DNA of 64,000 nucleotides from a virus (IMGVR_UViG_3300028558_000018:80390-144389); one strand, 5' to 3'. Shown: positions 28,174 to 37,127, numbered from the stretch's first letter. The notes: generated by a model not told the origin, from the letters alone. Made by a program: numbers and translations.

Positions 28174-28569
28174 TTAAATAGCAAAATATTTTTTAAATCC
28201 TTCGAAAGATTTAATATCAATATTGTCTTCAAAAGCATATTTACTAAATAAACATTGCTTTTCACCTTGGAATACTGAATAGGAGGGAATTTCTATAATT
28301 CGCAACGTCGCCCCGCCAATATCCAATAATTCCTCAACCGCTCCTATTGGAAACCAATTTAACAATTGTTCAAAAGAAGCAAACCCAAATAGAAAATTAT
28401 TATTACCAATTTTATTATAATGCGGGGTCATTCCTTTATCGTTCATTGGCGAAGGGGTGTTTGGAGAACGTATTAAATCAAAATTTTCCATTATTTGGTC
28501 AATATATTGATTTACACCCCTTGCTTGATAAATTCCCTGACTTTGATATTCAAAACGATAAATTTTCAT
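28174..28569 (-). CDS. Conserved-type phage hypothetical protein
   Basis: IYRFE..GIY..PSP..D..FGFASFEQLLNWF pattern; TTGAC 35 nt upstream. Confidence 0.7.
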   Translation of the reverse strand: MKIYRFEYQSQGIYQARGVNQYIDQIMENFDLIRSPNTPSPMNDKGMTPHYNKIGNNNFLFGFASFEQLLNWFPIGAVEELLDIGGATLRIIEIPSYSVFQGEKQCLFSKYAFEDNIDIKSFEGFKKYFAI

Positions 28570-28793
28570 TTATTGAAATTTATCAAATTGTGGCGCGCCG
28601 TCAATTTAATTTTAACAAGTTTAAATCTAACTAATAACCCCCTATAATCCCCCTTAGTGTTATTACGAAAAAATTCGCGAGCAAATAAAGAATAAAATTA
28701 AATAAAAACTTATTGACTTAACTATTCAACTATGATTCATTATATTCATGGTGAGTAAGGTTCAATCCTGAAAGCGATTTGCGGGTTAAAACC

Positions 28794-28853
28794 TTAGAGT
28801 GGGGCACCAAACCGTGCGCGGATTCCTAAAATCGGCCCGCGATTTAAGAACAT
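28794..28853 (-). CDS. Candidate leaderless 19-aa micropeptide (MFLNRGPILGIRARFGAPL) or 5' part of an sRNA
   Basis: ATG 7 nt after TATAAT of a consensus promoter. Confidence 0.3.
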   Translation of the reverse strand: MFLNRGPILGIRARFGAPL

Positions 28854-28860
28854 TTGGAAA

Positions 28861-28890
28861 ATTATAGCATAAAAATTAATATTGTGTCAA
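28861..28890 (-). promoter_or_regulatory. Consensus sigma70 promoter
   Basis: TTGACA-N18-TATAAT with extended TGn and AT-rich UP region. Confidence 0.8.
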
Positions 28891-28948
28891 TTTAAATCAA
28901 TTATTTTTAATTAAAATTAATTCACGTTAATTGATTAATTCCGCGCAC

Positions 28949-28978
28949 AAAAAAGCCGCAAAGAATAATCTCGCGGCG
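28949..28978 (-). terminator. Rho-independent terminator
   Basis: GCCGCGAGA-TTAT-TCTTTGCGGC-TTTTTT. Confidence 0.8.
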
Positions 28979-28994
28979 GATTAACTAAATTAAA

Positions 28995-29519
28995 TTACTT
29001 ATCGTTGACTTTAATTGATTTAACATTCCATGAGTCAATTAGGGGCTTAATTATCTTATTGAGGTAATTCTTTTGGAATTCATTCAATGGGGTCAAACTC
29101 GCGCCCAAATCTTCCCTCAATTGTTTATTTACTGCATCTAAATCGCCCTTAATAAACAATCCCCTATATTTAGCTCTTAATTCAACTAATTGTTTAAATT
29201 GTTTATTTGCGCCTAATCTATCGGTAATTAACGGATCATAGTCTAAATCATTACGAATAATCTTATTATAATATTCGCGTTTATAAGCATTTATTTTAAT
29301 TTTACTATTATCACCTAATTTATCAATCGGATAATGATATATCTGTTCATTAACCAAAATAGTAATAGAATCAATTTCAATTGAGAGCAATTTACCATTA
29401 ATTTTTTCACCTAATTGATTTTCCCAAGTGGAATTAGTTTTTGCGTCAACTATTTGCGGCGCAATATCTTGCGCGTGAATAATTCCGGCCAAAAACAAAA
29501 TTAAAAATGATTTTCTCAT
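28995..29519 (-). CDS. Exported protein with SHD1 (SLA1 homology domain 1)-like domain
   Basis: Signal peptide MRKSFLILFLAGIIHA; TWENQLGEKINGKLL..YPIDKLGDNSK resembles the SHD1 pattern. Confidence 0.6.
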   Translation of the reverse strand: MRKSFLILFLAGIIHAQDIAPQIVDAKTNSTWENQLGEKINGKLLSIEIDSITILVNEQIYHYPIDKLGDNSKIKINAYKREYYNKIIRNDLDYDPLITDRLGANKQFKQLVELRAKYRGLFIKGDLDAVNKQLREDLGASLTPLNEFQKNYLNKIIKPLIDSWNVKSIKVNDK

Positions 29520-30233
29520 ATAAGAAGACTACTCAATTGATTTAATAAGTCAATAAAATTATAGAGGGATAAACACTAGGAAAGGATAACGAATAGATGA
29601 TTAATTTTTACAAACATTAGGTAAGACTAACATTTATAGGTAAGTAAAAGATTAATTGAGAAATGAAATAATTATTGAGGAATAAAAATATTTTTGAATA
29701 GATGAAAATTTTTGGGGGAAAATAAATATATGGGCACGAAATACCAAAATAATAACTTAATAATAAAATAGTAGTTAATCTTTCTCTTCATCCTCTCCTT
29801 ATTCTTCCCTTATCCATTCTTCTATGTTATCCCTATATATTAAACCATTACTTAATAAACAATTCCATAGTGGTAAACCACTATTAAATAGCTTATTAGC
29901 AATAACTTATCCAATAATTGATTAACTCTGTTTTAGTGCTTTTCTCAACTCTGTTTTTCAAGCTTTTCAACCTTACTTTTTTACGCTGTTTCTACCCTGT
30001 TTCCTTGGCGTTTAAAGCACTTTAAAACCTCACCCCTTGGCCTACCCTTACCAAGCGTTTCCCTCTCGTTTAAACGTGTTCTAACCATGCCTTGCGCGGT
30101 CGTTTTTAGATATAATTAGGGGATAATTGATTAATTGAGTGCAAATCCCTTTTAATGTGCTACTTATGGGGAAACAGAGCGCGGAATTGTTTGCAATTAG
30201 TTAATATTCAATAGGTTAAATGAATTTAAACAC

Positions 30234-30261
30234 AAAAAATCCGGCCAAATTAATGACCGGA
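30234..30261 (-). terminator. Rho-independent terminator after VWA gene
   Basis: TCCGGTCA-TTAATT-TGGCCGGA-TTTTTT. Confidence 0.8.
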
Positions 30262-30339
30262 CTTGGATTAGTTAAAATTTATTATCTATTTATAAGATAT
30301 TCGCCTTTTATATGGTTTATCGGCTAATTGCCAAATCAC

Positions 30340-31689
30340 TCAATAGTTATTGAATTTAAAGATTTCACCAAACGGAGGCTTAAATGTAGAATTGTCTTCG
30401 ATAAGTCCCCACAAAATCGGGTAATCAGGAGAAATCTCGCCAAAGCTATTGCAATACCCATCCGTTAAAATAATTGCGCCTTTAATATCTCCCAAATCAT
30501 TATTGGCGATATATTTAAAGATTTCTTTATAATCGGTGCCGCCGCCACCTTTAGGCAAGGGCTTAATATCGCTATTAGGTTCAAATACTTGAATATTTTG
30601 AATAATGGTGTCAAAATAAATTACGGTTAGCTCGTAATTATCTTTACTCACGTTTTCCAATATATTGACGGCCTCATTAACCATATTAGTCACGTCGCGC
30701 AAATTGACGCTCCCACTTGTATCTATTGCAATGACGATTTTCCCTAATTCCTGACTAAATAGTGTCGGCAAAATAATTCCGCGCCCCAAATGACGTTTAT
30801 TTACGTGACTAAATGAATAATCTTTAGCGCAATTTTCGCAAATAAAACGATTCAATATCTCTTGCCAATCAAATGAAGGCTTTTGACCATTTTTGATTAT
30901 CTCAATTAGTCCATTGCTAGGTAATTTGCCCGCCATTTTCGCTGCATTTTCCGCCAATTTAGATTGAACCTTGGTCAATTCCTCAATAGAATCATCAATG
31001 GGAGCTTTAATTTCACCAAATGTTTTTGGCTCGCCATCATTTGACTCATTTTCTTCACCATTATTAGATTCACTTGAATCGCCAGAATTATCGCCGGATT
31101 CGTCGCTATTTTCTCCCTTATCGCCCTTCGATTTATCTTGTTTATCGGATATATCAGATTTATCGCCTTTATCAGCTTTTTCATCCGATTTCTCGCCTTT
31201 GCCGTCTCCCTTTTCCTTGGATTTGTCACTCTTTTGTTTATTCTGGGAATTTTGCTTATTCTGCTCCTCTTTCTTTTTATCCTCTTCAATTCCCAAAAGA
31301 CGATAAATATCCTCTGCGGATTTGCCCGTATATTTAACATCAATTAGGACGCCTTTTGGGAGAATAAATCCTGCGCGAAGCAATTCACCATTAAGCGAAT
31401 AATCCGTGGCATAATTCCAACGCTTAATTTCTTTTCCCTTCATCCGCCCCAAATGATTTGCGCATAAATGACAAACTTCATGAGCGAGAACTCCTTTAAT
31501 TTCTTGAATAGTGAGGGAATCAGCAAATTCGCTATTGTAGAATAAATGTTTACCATCTACGCAAAAGGTAGGGTTATTCGTGGAATTGTCTTCAATAATC
31601 TGTTGCTGCAAAATCATTGAAGCAAAAAACGGATTATCGAAAATTAACGAATTAATTGCCGCCTTAACCTTTGGGTGATTAACATTCAT
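30340..31689 (-). CDS. DUF2201-type HEXXH metallopeptidase plus VWA domain protein
   Basis: LAHEVCH, WNYATD, acidic linker, MIDAS DTSGS, GGGTD, LTDG. Confidence 0.88.
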   Translation of the reverse strand: MNVNHPKVKAAINSLIFDNPFFASMILQQQIIEDNSTNNPTFCVDGKHLFYNSEFADSLTIQEIKGVLAHEVCHLCANHLGRMKGKEIKRWNYATDYSLNGELLRAGFILPKGVLIDVKYTGKSAEDIYRLLGIEEDKKKEEQNKQNSQNKQKSDKSKEKGDGKGEKSDEKADKGDKSDISDKQDKSKGDKGENSDESGDNSGDSSESNNGEENESNDGEPKTFGEIKAPIDDSIEELTKVQSKLAENAAKMAGKLPSNGLIEIIKNGQKPSFDWQEILNRFICENCAKDYSFSHVNKRHLGRGIILPTLFSQELGKIVIAIDTSGSVNLRDVTNMVNEAVNILENVSKDNYELTVIYFDTIIQNIQVFEPNSDIKPLPKGGGGTDYKEIFKYIANNDLGDIKGAIILTDGYCNSFGEISPDYPILWGLIEDNSTFKPPFGEIFKFNNY

Positions 31690-31711
31690 ATGCTATTTAT
31701 CCAAGCTAACA

Positions 31712-31768
31712 GAAAAACCCGCCGCGTCAATTTAAAATTATTTAGATTTTAAAAATTAACGGGCGGGT
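31712..31768 (-). terminator. Long hairpin terminator containing the -35 box of the next promoter
   Basis: ACCCGCC-CGTTAATTT ... AAATTGACG-C-GGCGGGT-TTTT. Confidence 0.6.
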
Positions 31769-31781
31769 AATTGGCTCTAAA

Positions 31782-32780
31782 TTATTGAATCACATCGGGA
31801 TTTTTAACAGCCCAGCGAACAAATGCCGCCGATTCTTTTAAATCAGGATTGCGGGTAATGATGCTATTAACCATAAATGCGCAATATTCTTGAGGAATGC
31901 GCTCGCCATATGCGAAAATATTATCAATATTCATTCTATTGCATTTAACTGAAAGGCAGGATAATACCGAATAAATAACATCCGGCGCGCTTGGAATATC
32001 GGCAGTCATTGGATTTGCGAGAATTTGCGCGGGCAAATTACCAATATTTTTAAATGTGCGATAAAATGCCATGAATTCTACGGCGAATCCCTCTCCGACC
32101 GTGCCTTTAAATACTTCCAAATCAATAATGCCGGCCTGAATCCACTTAGAAAGATTGTAAACTGTTCGCGGACAAGCGAAATTCTGAATTTCTTTTGACG
32201 CCGTGAATGTATTAAGGAGTGCGGGCTTGAAATTGATAAATGAAATCAATTCCATCGGCAATCCCTTGTTCATTGCCCAGCTAATCCAATCATTAGCGCA
32301 AATTTCCATTTCAAATATGCAAAAGCGGGAAATAAGCGGAGTAATTAGTGAACCAACGCCCGCATTATCTTTACGGGAATTTGTCGCGGCAATAAACGAA
32401 ACATAATCGGAAATTCTCTTCCCATTAATTTCTCGCGCTTGTATAAGTTGTTGACAGGCAGCTTGATTTGAAAGATTTGCCTGTCCCAAATCATCAATAA
32501 GGACAACTAATTCCTCTTTAGTTTCCATCATTTCACGCAAATCACCATAAGGAATAAAATCGGCGGTCAATTTACCATTAATTGTCCCGCTAACCGGCAA
32601 TCCCTTAAAATCAGTGGGATCGCTCATAACAGGATGCAAAATCATGAATTTATACCCCATTGATTTAACAATAGAGGCAATCATTTCTGATTTACCAATT
32701 CCGGGCGAACCAACTAGCAGAATATTGCTTTTATCTTTAATAGCAATAGGGAGAACTTTGGCCAGCATTGACGGTTTCAT
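31782..32780 (-). CDS. MoxR-family AAA+ ATPase
   Basis: GSPGIGKS, DPTDFKGLP, Walker B LIDDL, AATN, LISRF, CPRT. Confidence 0.88.
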   Translation of the reverse strand: MKPSMLAKVLPIAIKDKSNILLVGSPGIGKSEMIASIVKSMGYKFMILHPVMSDPTDFKGLPVSGTINGKLTADFIPYGDLREMMETKEELVVLIDDLGQANLSNQAACQQLIQAREINGKRISDYVSFIAATNSRKDNAGVGSLITPLISRFCIFEMEICANDWISWAMNKGLPMELISFINFKPALLNTFTASKEIQNFACPRTVYNLSKWIQAGIIDLEVFKGTVGEGFAVEFMAFYRTFKNIGNLPAQILANPMTADIPSAPDVIYSVLSCLSVKCNRMNIDNIFAYGERIPQEYCAFMVNSIITRNPDLKESAAFVRWAVKNPDVIQ

Positions 32781-32885
32781 ATAATATTTAATAGTTAAGG
32801 TTTATCTAACTATTCATAGCTTGCCACAAAATAAATCTTTCGTCAACAAAATAAAATCTAAGTTTTTAAAAATTAAATAGGCAAA

Positions 32886-32923
32886 ATAAAGGGGAATAGC
32901 TCACCATTTAGAACTATTCCCCT
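32886..32923 (-). terminator. Rho-independent terminator
   Basis: AGGGGAATAG..CTATTCCCCT followed by T-rich tract. Confidence 0.75.
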
Positions 32924-32930
32924 AAATCAA

Positions 32931-33872
32931 TTAGGCCATAAAATCCGCCATAAGCGAATTAATATCTTTCAACGCATCCTTCGCAGTAATCAGCGCGGAA
33001 TTACGAACCTTTTCGCTATCGCGGACACTTGCCGCGTCAATTGTGGAAATTTTCTTCGCAACGCTATTGAAAATCTCATCAATTTTCGCATTATCGAGAA
33101 TATTCAGTTCGCGAGACTGGTTGATTTCCTCAATAACGTTTTCCAAAGCCGAATTATGGAATTTACCATCGGAATCAATCAAACGATTAACCAAATGATT
33201 GAGCGATTCCCGCGCCCGCTCCATAATATCAATTTGCGTTTCTTTAATTGACGATTCAATTCGCGCCTCAATTTGCGAATTAATATCGGCCAAATCTTCT
33301 TTACTCAAATATCCGCTTCGATAATCGTTAGAAGGGACTGGCGAGACAACAATTTCCGCTTTAAATGAGTGGCGGAATTCGTCATAAGTGGGATAATCCG
33401 CCTTATTGAACAAACCCCCGAGCATTTGCCGCTCATTAGCATAATCACTGGCAATCGTATCGGCATATTCCTGAATTGAATCAGCAACGGCGATATAAAA
33501 GCTGCCAATTAGCTGTTCCAATTCCTGTTTTACCTTAATATAATTTTTGGTCGAGCAAATACGCTCACCATTATTATTCCACGGCGCGCTCAATTCATAT
33601 AAACGAAGGCGCAATTTCTGTGAAGCAGAGGAAACCGCACGATTCTTTTTGGATTTAAGCAGGGATTTCCAAACCCGAACATTGTTAATATCGCAATTTT
33701 CGTCTTTGGAAACGTCATTTGTCACGCGCTTATCTTTACGAGTGCCGGAAAATTGGCTAATTTGCACGCTAATTAGAATAGCCTTTTCGCAAAGGGTTTT
33801 TCCAATTCGGATATTATTCTCGGTAATATTTTGAGCAATTACCGGAATTTCGCTTTCAATTTGTTTGGTCAT
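32931..33872 (-). CDS. DUF3150-like helical protein
   Basis: ILISVQISQFSGTRKD, PW..GER, LGGLFNKADYP, LNILDN; usual neighbour of phage AAA/VWA pairs. Confidence 0.6.
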   Translation of the reverse strand: MTKQIESEIPVIAQNITENNIRIGKTLCEKAILISVQISQFSGTRKDKRVTNDVSKDENCDINNVRVWKSLLKSKKNRAVSSASQKLRLRLYELSAPWNNNGERICSTKNYIKVKQELEQLIGSFYIAVADSIQEYADTIASDYANERQMLGGLFNKADYPTYDEFRHSFKAEIVVSPVPSNDYRSGYLSKEDLADINSQIEARIESSIKETQIDIMERARESLNHLVNRLIDSDGKFHNSALENVIEEINQSRELNILDNAKIDEIFNSVAKKISTIDAASVRDSEKVRNSALITAKDALKDINSLMADFMA

Positions 33873-33998
33873 TCGATGAATTAGTTAATGGTGATTTAAT
33901 CTTTACAATTTAGAATCTACCACAATTTAGCTCTTAGTCAAATAAAAAATATTAAGTTTTTAAAAATCTTAAGCGATTAATTGCTGCTCAAATAATGT

Positions 33999-34247
33999 TT
34001 ACTCAAGATAAATTTCAACAAAAACAAAAGTCGCGTTATCTCTGGCGGCATATCCTTTAATTCGGATAATATCACCGAAAAACACTTTGGGTTCGTAAAT
34101 TGTAATAAGAGAAGACTCTTCGTTATTAACTTCCCAAATTTTCAAATAATTATCTTTTTCGGAATGAGTCGAGAAAATATCTTTTCCAACCATTCCGTCG
34201 AAAGAATTGTCTTGAGTAATAATATTGCGAATTTTATAGTTTTTCAT
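33999..34247 (-). CDS. Hypothetical protein
   Basis: Own promoter; early array. Confidence 0.65.
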   Translation of the reverse strand: MKNYKIRNIITQDNSFDGMVGKDIFSTHSEKDNYLKIWEVNNEESSLITIYEPKVFFGDIIRIKGYAARDNATFVFVEIYLE

Positions 34248-34318
34248 GGTTAATTTGATTTAGCTCTACCTTATAGATTAGTTGCGCGCCGTCAACTTAA
34301 ATTTTAAAAACTTAATAA

Positions 34319-34507
34319 TTAAAATGGCAAAATCAATTCTTTAGCTTTATCAAAATTATTTTCTTCCACGCTAATTTCGTAATTAGTCCCGCCATATCCA
34401 TTGCCAATACTCAATGATTCATACCAAATTTGGTTTTTAATCAAAATATCGCCAATTTTCATGGCTTTATATGGATCATGAGTTACGAATAGAATTTTTG
34501 TTTTCAT
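34319..34507 (-). CDS. Hypothetical protein
   Basis: Early array ORF. Confidence 0.6.
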   Translation of the reverse strand: MKTKILFVTHDPYKAMKIGDILIKNQIWYESLSIGNGYGGTNYEISVEENNFDKAKELILPF

Positions 34508-34742
34508 AATAATTAAAATATCTCATCGCCCTTTCCAATAATTCAATATCTTTTTCCTTCAATACTAAATTAGCCGCGCAATCTTTAATTGTGGCAAATG
34601 TTACAGTGGAATTAACGGGGTGAATAATGCCCTGTTTGGGATTGTTTAAAGGTATTAACAAATTAAACAAATGCAACTTGGTTTTGAGAACCTCTTCAAA
34701 TGGCGGAATAAACCCAATATATTTTGCAATTGGCTTATTCAT
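34476..34742 (-). CDS. Hypothetical protein
   Basis: Early array ORF. Confidence 0.6.
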   Translation of the reverse strand: MNKPIAKYIGFIPPFEEVLKTKLHLFNLLIPLNNPKQGIIHPVNSTVTFATIKDCAANLVLKEKDIELLERAMRYFNYYENKNSIRNS

Positions 34743-34912
34743 ACTTGAAAATAAGCATATTTAGAACAGAGCGTAGAATTAAATATCTCGCGAACAATCC
34801 AATTCTCGTATTTAGATTCTTTTAGCTCAGGATTATCACAAGCAAATTTGAATTGCGCGTTATTTGGCACATTATCACAATCAAACGGTATTTGCATCGT
34901 GCCGCGGCGCAA

Positions 34913-35110
34913 TTATTTATTAGCTTCATAATCACACATTTCAATGGCCCGCTCTAATTGGTCAGAATCTTCATCTGGATTATCAAAATTCCCAATCACA
35001 ATTGCATGAGTTAACCCATTTTTGCGCACTTCATAATGGCCAATGCTAATTTTATAAACATAATGGGAATTATTAGCCGATTCGTGAACGATATTTGATT
35101 CTTTATTCAT
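34913..35110 (-). CDS. Hypothetical protein
   Basis: Early array ORF. Confidence 0.6.
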   Translation of the reverse strand: MNKESNIVHESANNSHYVYKISIGHYEVRKNGLTHAIVIGNFDNPDEDSDQLERAIEMCDYEANK

Positions 35111-35113
35111 AAA

Positions 35114-35395
35114 TTAAAGTTTAATATCAGGAGTTTTAAACGGGTGCATAAATTGCGCAATAAACATCGGCATTATCCAATAGAGAAAATTTTCGCGGGT
35201 TTTCCCCACATAGTTCATACTTTGATGAATCAGTCCGTAATCATCGTCATATCCAATATAAAGCTGATAAGTAGAATGAAAATCTGGCGACGAATATAAA
35301 AATCCATTAAGCGTATCACGGGTTACATAACACAAATCATTATCAATTGTGAACCAATCGCCGCGTTTAAGATTTTTAATTTGAGTAATATTCAT
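35114..35395 (-). CDS. Hypothetical protein
   Basis: Early array ORF. Confidence 0.6.
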   Translation of the reverse strand: MNITQIKNLKRGDWFTIDNDLCYVTRDTLNGFLYSSPDFHSTYQLYIGYDDDYGLIHQSMNYVGKTRENFLYWIMPMFIAQFMHPFKTPDIKL

Positions 35396-35401
35396 AGTTA
35401 A

Positions 35402-35683
35402 TTAATGATTTGCGTAAAATTTGGCCGCGAGCAATAGCGCGCCGTAGAATTCGACTTTATCGCTGAATATTTGGAGAGTCAAATCCCCTTCGCAATATGT
35501 GAATATAGAGCTATCGCTAATATTAATCCACACTTTACGATAGGGATAATCACAAAAATCTCCTTCGATTACCCAATTGGGGTCGAGTTTAAATTCATTT
35601 TTCCAATTAAGAAAGCCACGATAAAATTTACAATTTTCGCGAGGTTCTTCTTTAAGCGAACCGAATTGTTCAAGAATATTCAT
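35402..35683 (-). CDS. Hypothetical protein
   Basis: Early array ORF; FTYCEGD motif. Confidence 0.65.
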   Translation of the reverse strand: MNILEQFGSLKEEPRENCKFYRGFLNWKNEFKLDPNWVIEGDFCDYPYRKVWINISDSSIFTYCEGDLTLQIFSDKVEFYGALLLAAKFYANH

Positions 35684-35705
35684 AAATAGCTAAAATTCGT
35701 CCTAA

Positions 35706-35921
35706 TTAAGATTTATTCGCACAACGGGCAATCGCCCCTTCCAAATATTCCCGTTCCTTCAGAGATTTATTCAATTGCGCTTTAACCAACTCAATTTCCC
35801 CTGCCGGAACTTTATATCTACCTTTAGCAAAAACTGCCAAAGTTTGCTCGCAATCATTGATAATTTTGTTAAGTCGGACTAATTCGCCCAACGTGGTAGG
35901 TTCTGAATTGTGAATTTTCAT
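35706..35921 (-). CDS. Hypothetical protein
   Basis: Own promoter. Confidence 0.65.
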   Translation of the reverse strand: MKIHNSEPTTLGELVRLNKIINDCEQTLAVFAKGRYKVPAGEIELVKAQLNKSLKEREYLEGAIARCANKS

Positions 35922-35972
35922 ATATTTATTACTCCCTCAACCTATATTATTGCGCGGCGAAGTCAAATTAAA

Positions 35973-36251
35973 TCAATTAAAAATTCTATCAATAGGTGCT
36001 AGTCCATAAGTAAATTTGCCCTCGCAAATTTCATCTTCTCCATCAAATTTCACATCACAAATATCGGGATAAATCCAATTCGTGTTATATTGTGAGCGAT
36101 AACCATAACGCCTAATTACCGTCGCGAGGCGCATTGTTTTGGCTAATGGGGTTTTAATATCATCAATATATTTGCGCGAATCAAATGCTTTGACGCGGCA
36201 ATTTGGGATAATTTTCCAATGCCAAGGCTTTAATAGGGATAATTCGTTCAT
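35973..36251 (-). CDS. Hypothetical protein
   Basis: Early array ORF. Confidence 0.6.
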   Translation of the reverse strand: MNELSLLKPWHWKIIPNCRVKAFDSRKYIDDIKTPLAKTMRLATVIRRYGYRSQYNTNWIYPDICDVKFDGEDEICEGKFTYGLAPIDRIFN

Positions 36252-36254
36252 AAA

Positions 36255-36590
36255 TTAATGTTTCCTTAACTCAATCATTTTCAACCATTTATACGCCATT
36301 GCAGAGCGTTTTTCAGGGCCAATTACCGTCCCCGGATTTTGGCAAATTTGCATCAAATAATCTACTAAATCATTACGTTTTCTTGCTATTCTAACCAATT
36401 CAACGGTATTATGCACCGCGCAATCATTTTCCTTTGTGGGCATTCCATAATTACCATGAGGAATTAATGAATTAATATTTGGCTTAGTGTCTTTTTTAAA
36501 GGGTGTCACCTTATTGGATAGCATTTCCTTAATAAACTTCGGGGCGCGGTAATAAACCCAGAAATCAATATGTTGTTGGGTAATTTTCAT
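36255..36590 (-). CDS. Hypothetical protein
   Basis: TAATG-coupled ORF. Confidence 0.65.
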   Translation of the reverse strand: MKITQQHIDFWVYYRAPKFIKEMLSNKVTPFKKDTKPNINSLIPHGNYGMPTKENDCAVHNTVELVRIARKRNDLVDYLMQICQNPGTVIGPEKRSAMAYKWLKMIELRKH

Positions 36591-36769
36591 TATTTACTAT
36601 TTTCGCGCTTAAATTCTTCCATGCCGCAATTAAATCCGTCCTGCCAATCATCATATTTGGATTTAGACGAGATAATATCATAAGGATTAGGGTAAATTTC
36701 GCCCTTAATTCCAAATTTATAACCGTTAAAATATGCCGTGGCGTTTACAACTTGTGATGCAGATTTCAT
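36590..36769 (-). CDS. RMF/CrpP-fold-like small protein (59 aa, not in track)
   Basis: AYFNGYKFGIKG-x4-NPY-x11-WQDGF; own promoter at about 36813. Confidence 0.6.
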   Translation of the reverse strand: MKSASQVVNATAYFNGYKFGIKGEIYPNPYDIISSKSKYDDWQDGFNCGMEEFKRENSK

Positions 36770-36821
36770 AAATTTGATTTCTCCTAGCTTGATTTAAAAG
36801 TCGCCCGCTGTCAAATTAAAT

Positions 36822-37127
36822 CTAATATAAAGATTCCGAATATAATGTTTTGGCACCACCAAAATTTTCAATTATTTGGTTATTCAATTCCGCGATAACA
36901 TAAGCCTCTTCGCGATTCAAAAATTTGCCAAATTGATCCACAAAACCCTGTTCTTTAACCCTCAAATGATAAGGTTTAATAATATAATGACCAAATATTT
37001 TCAATCCTCCACTGTAAATTCTCTTTAACGTCGCCCTCATTTCGGGACTATAATGCCGCACGCCTGTAATTATTGCGCCGTCATCCATTAGCATAGCAGC
37101 ACAAACGATTCTTTGGGGAGGTTTCAT
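36822..37127 (-). CDS. Conserved-type phage hypothetical protein
   Basis: RIVCAA..GVRH..QGFVDQFGKFLNREEA..LYSE pattern. Confidence 0.75.
   Translation of the reverse strand: MKPPQRIVCAAMLMDDGAIITGVRHYSPEMRATLKRIYSGGLKIFGHYIIKPYHLRVKEQGFVDQFGKFLNREEAYVIAELNNQIIENFGGAKTLYSESLY

Noticed and set aside
28713-28771. Plus-strand promoter convergent with the 28890 promoter (antisense pair)
   Set aside because: TTGACT to TATGAT spacing is only 12 nt; there is no -10 box at 16-18 nt.
28748-28810. tRNA suggested by GGTTCAATCC and a terminal ACCA
   Set aside because: The T-loop-like word is at the 5' end and no cloverleaf forms; ACCA is part of a TGGTG/CACCA stem.
24780-30340. CRISPR array in the non-coding islands
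   Set aside because: Repeats are short, degenerate and irregularly spaced; no cas genes.
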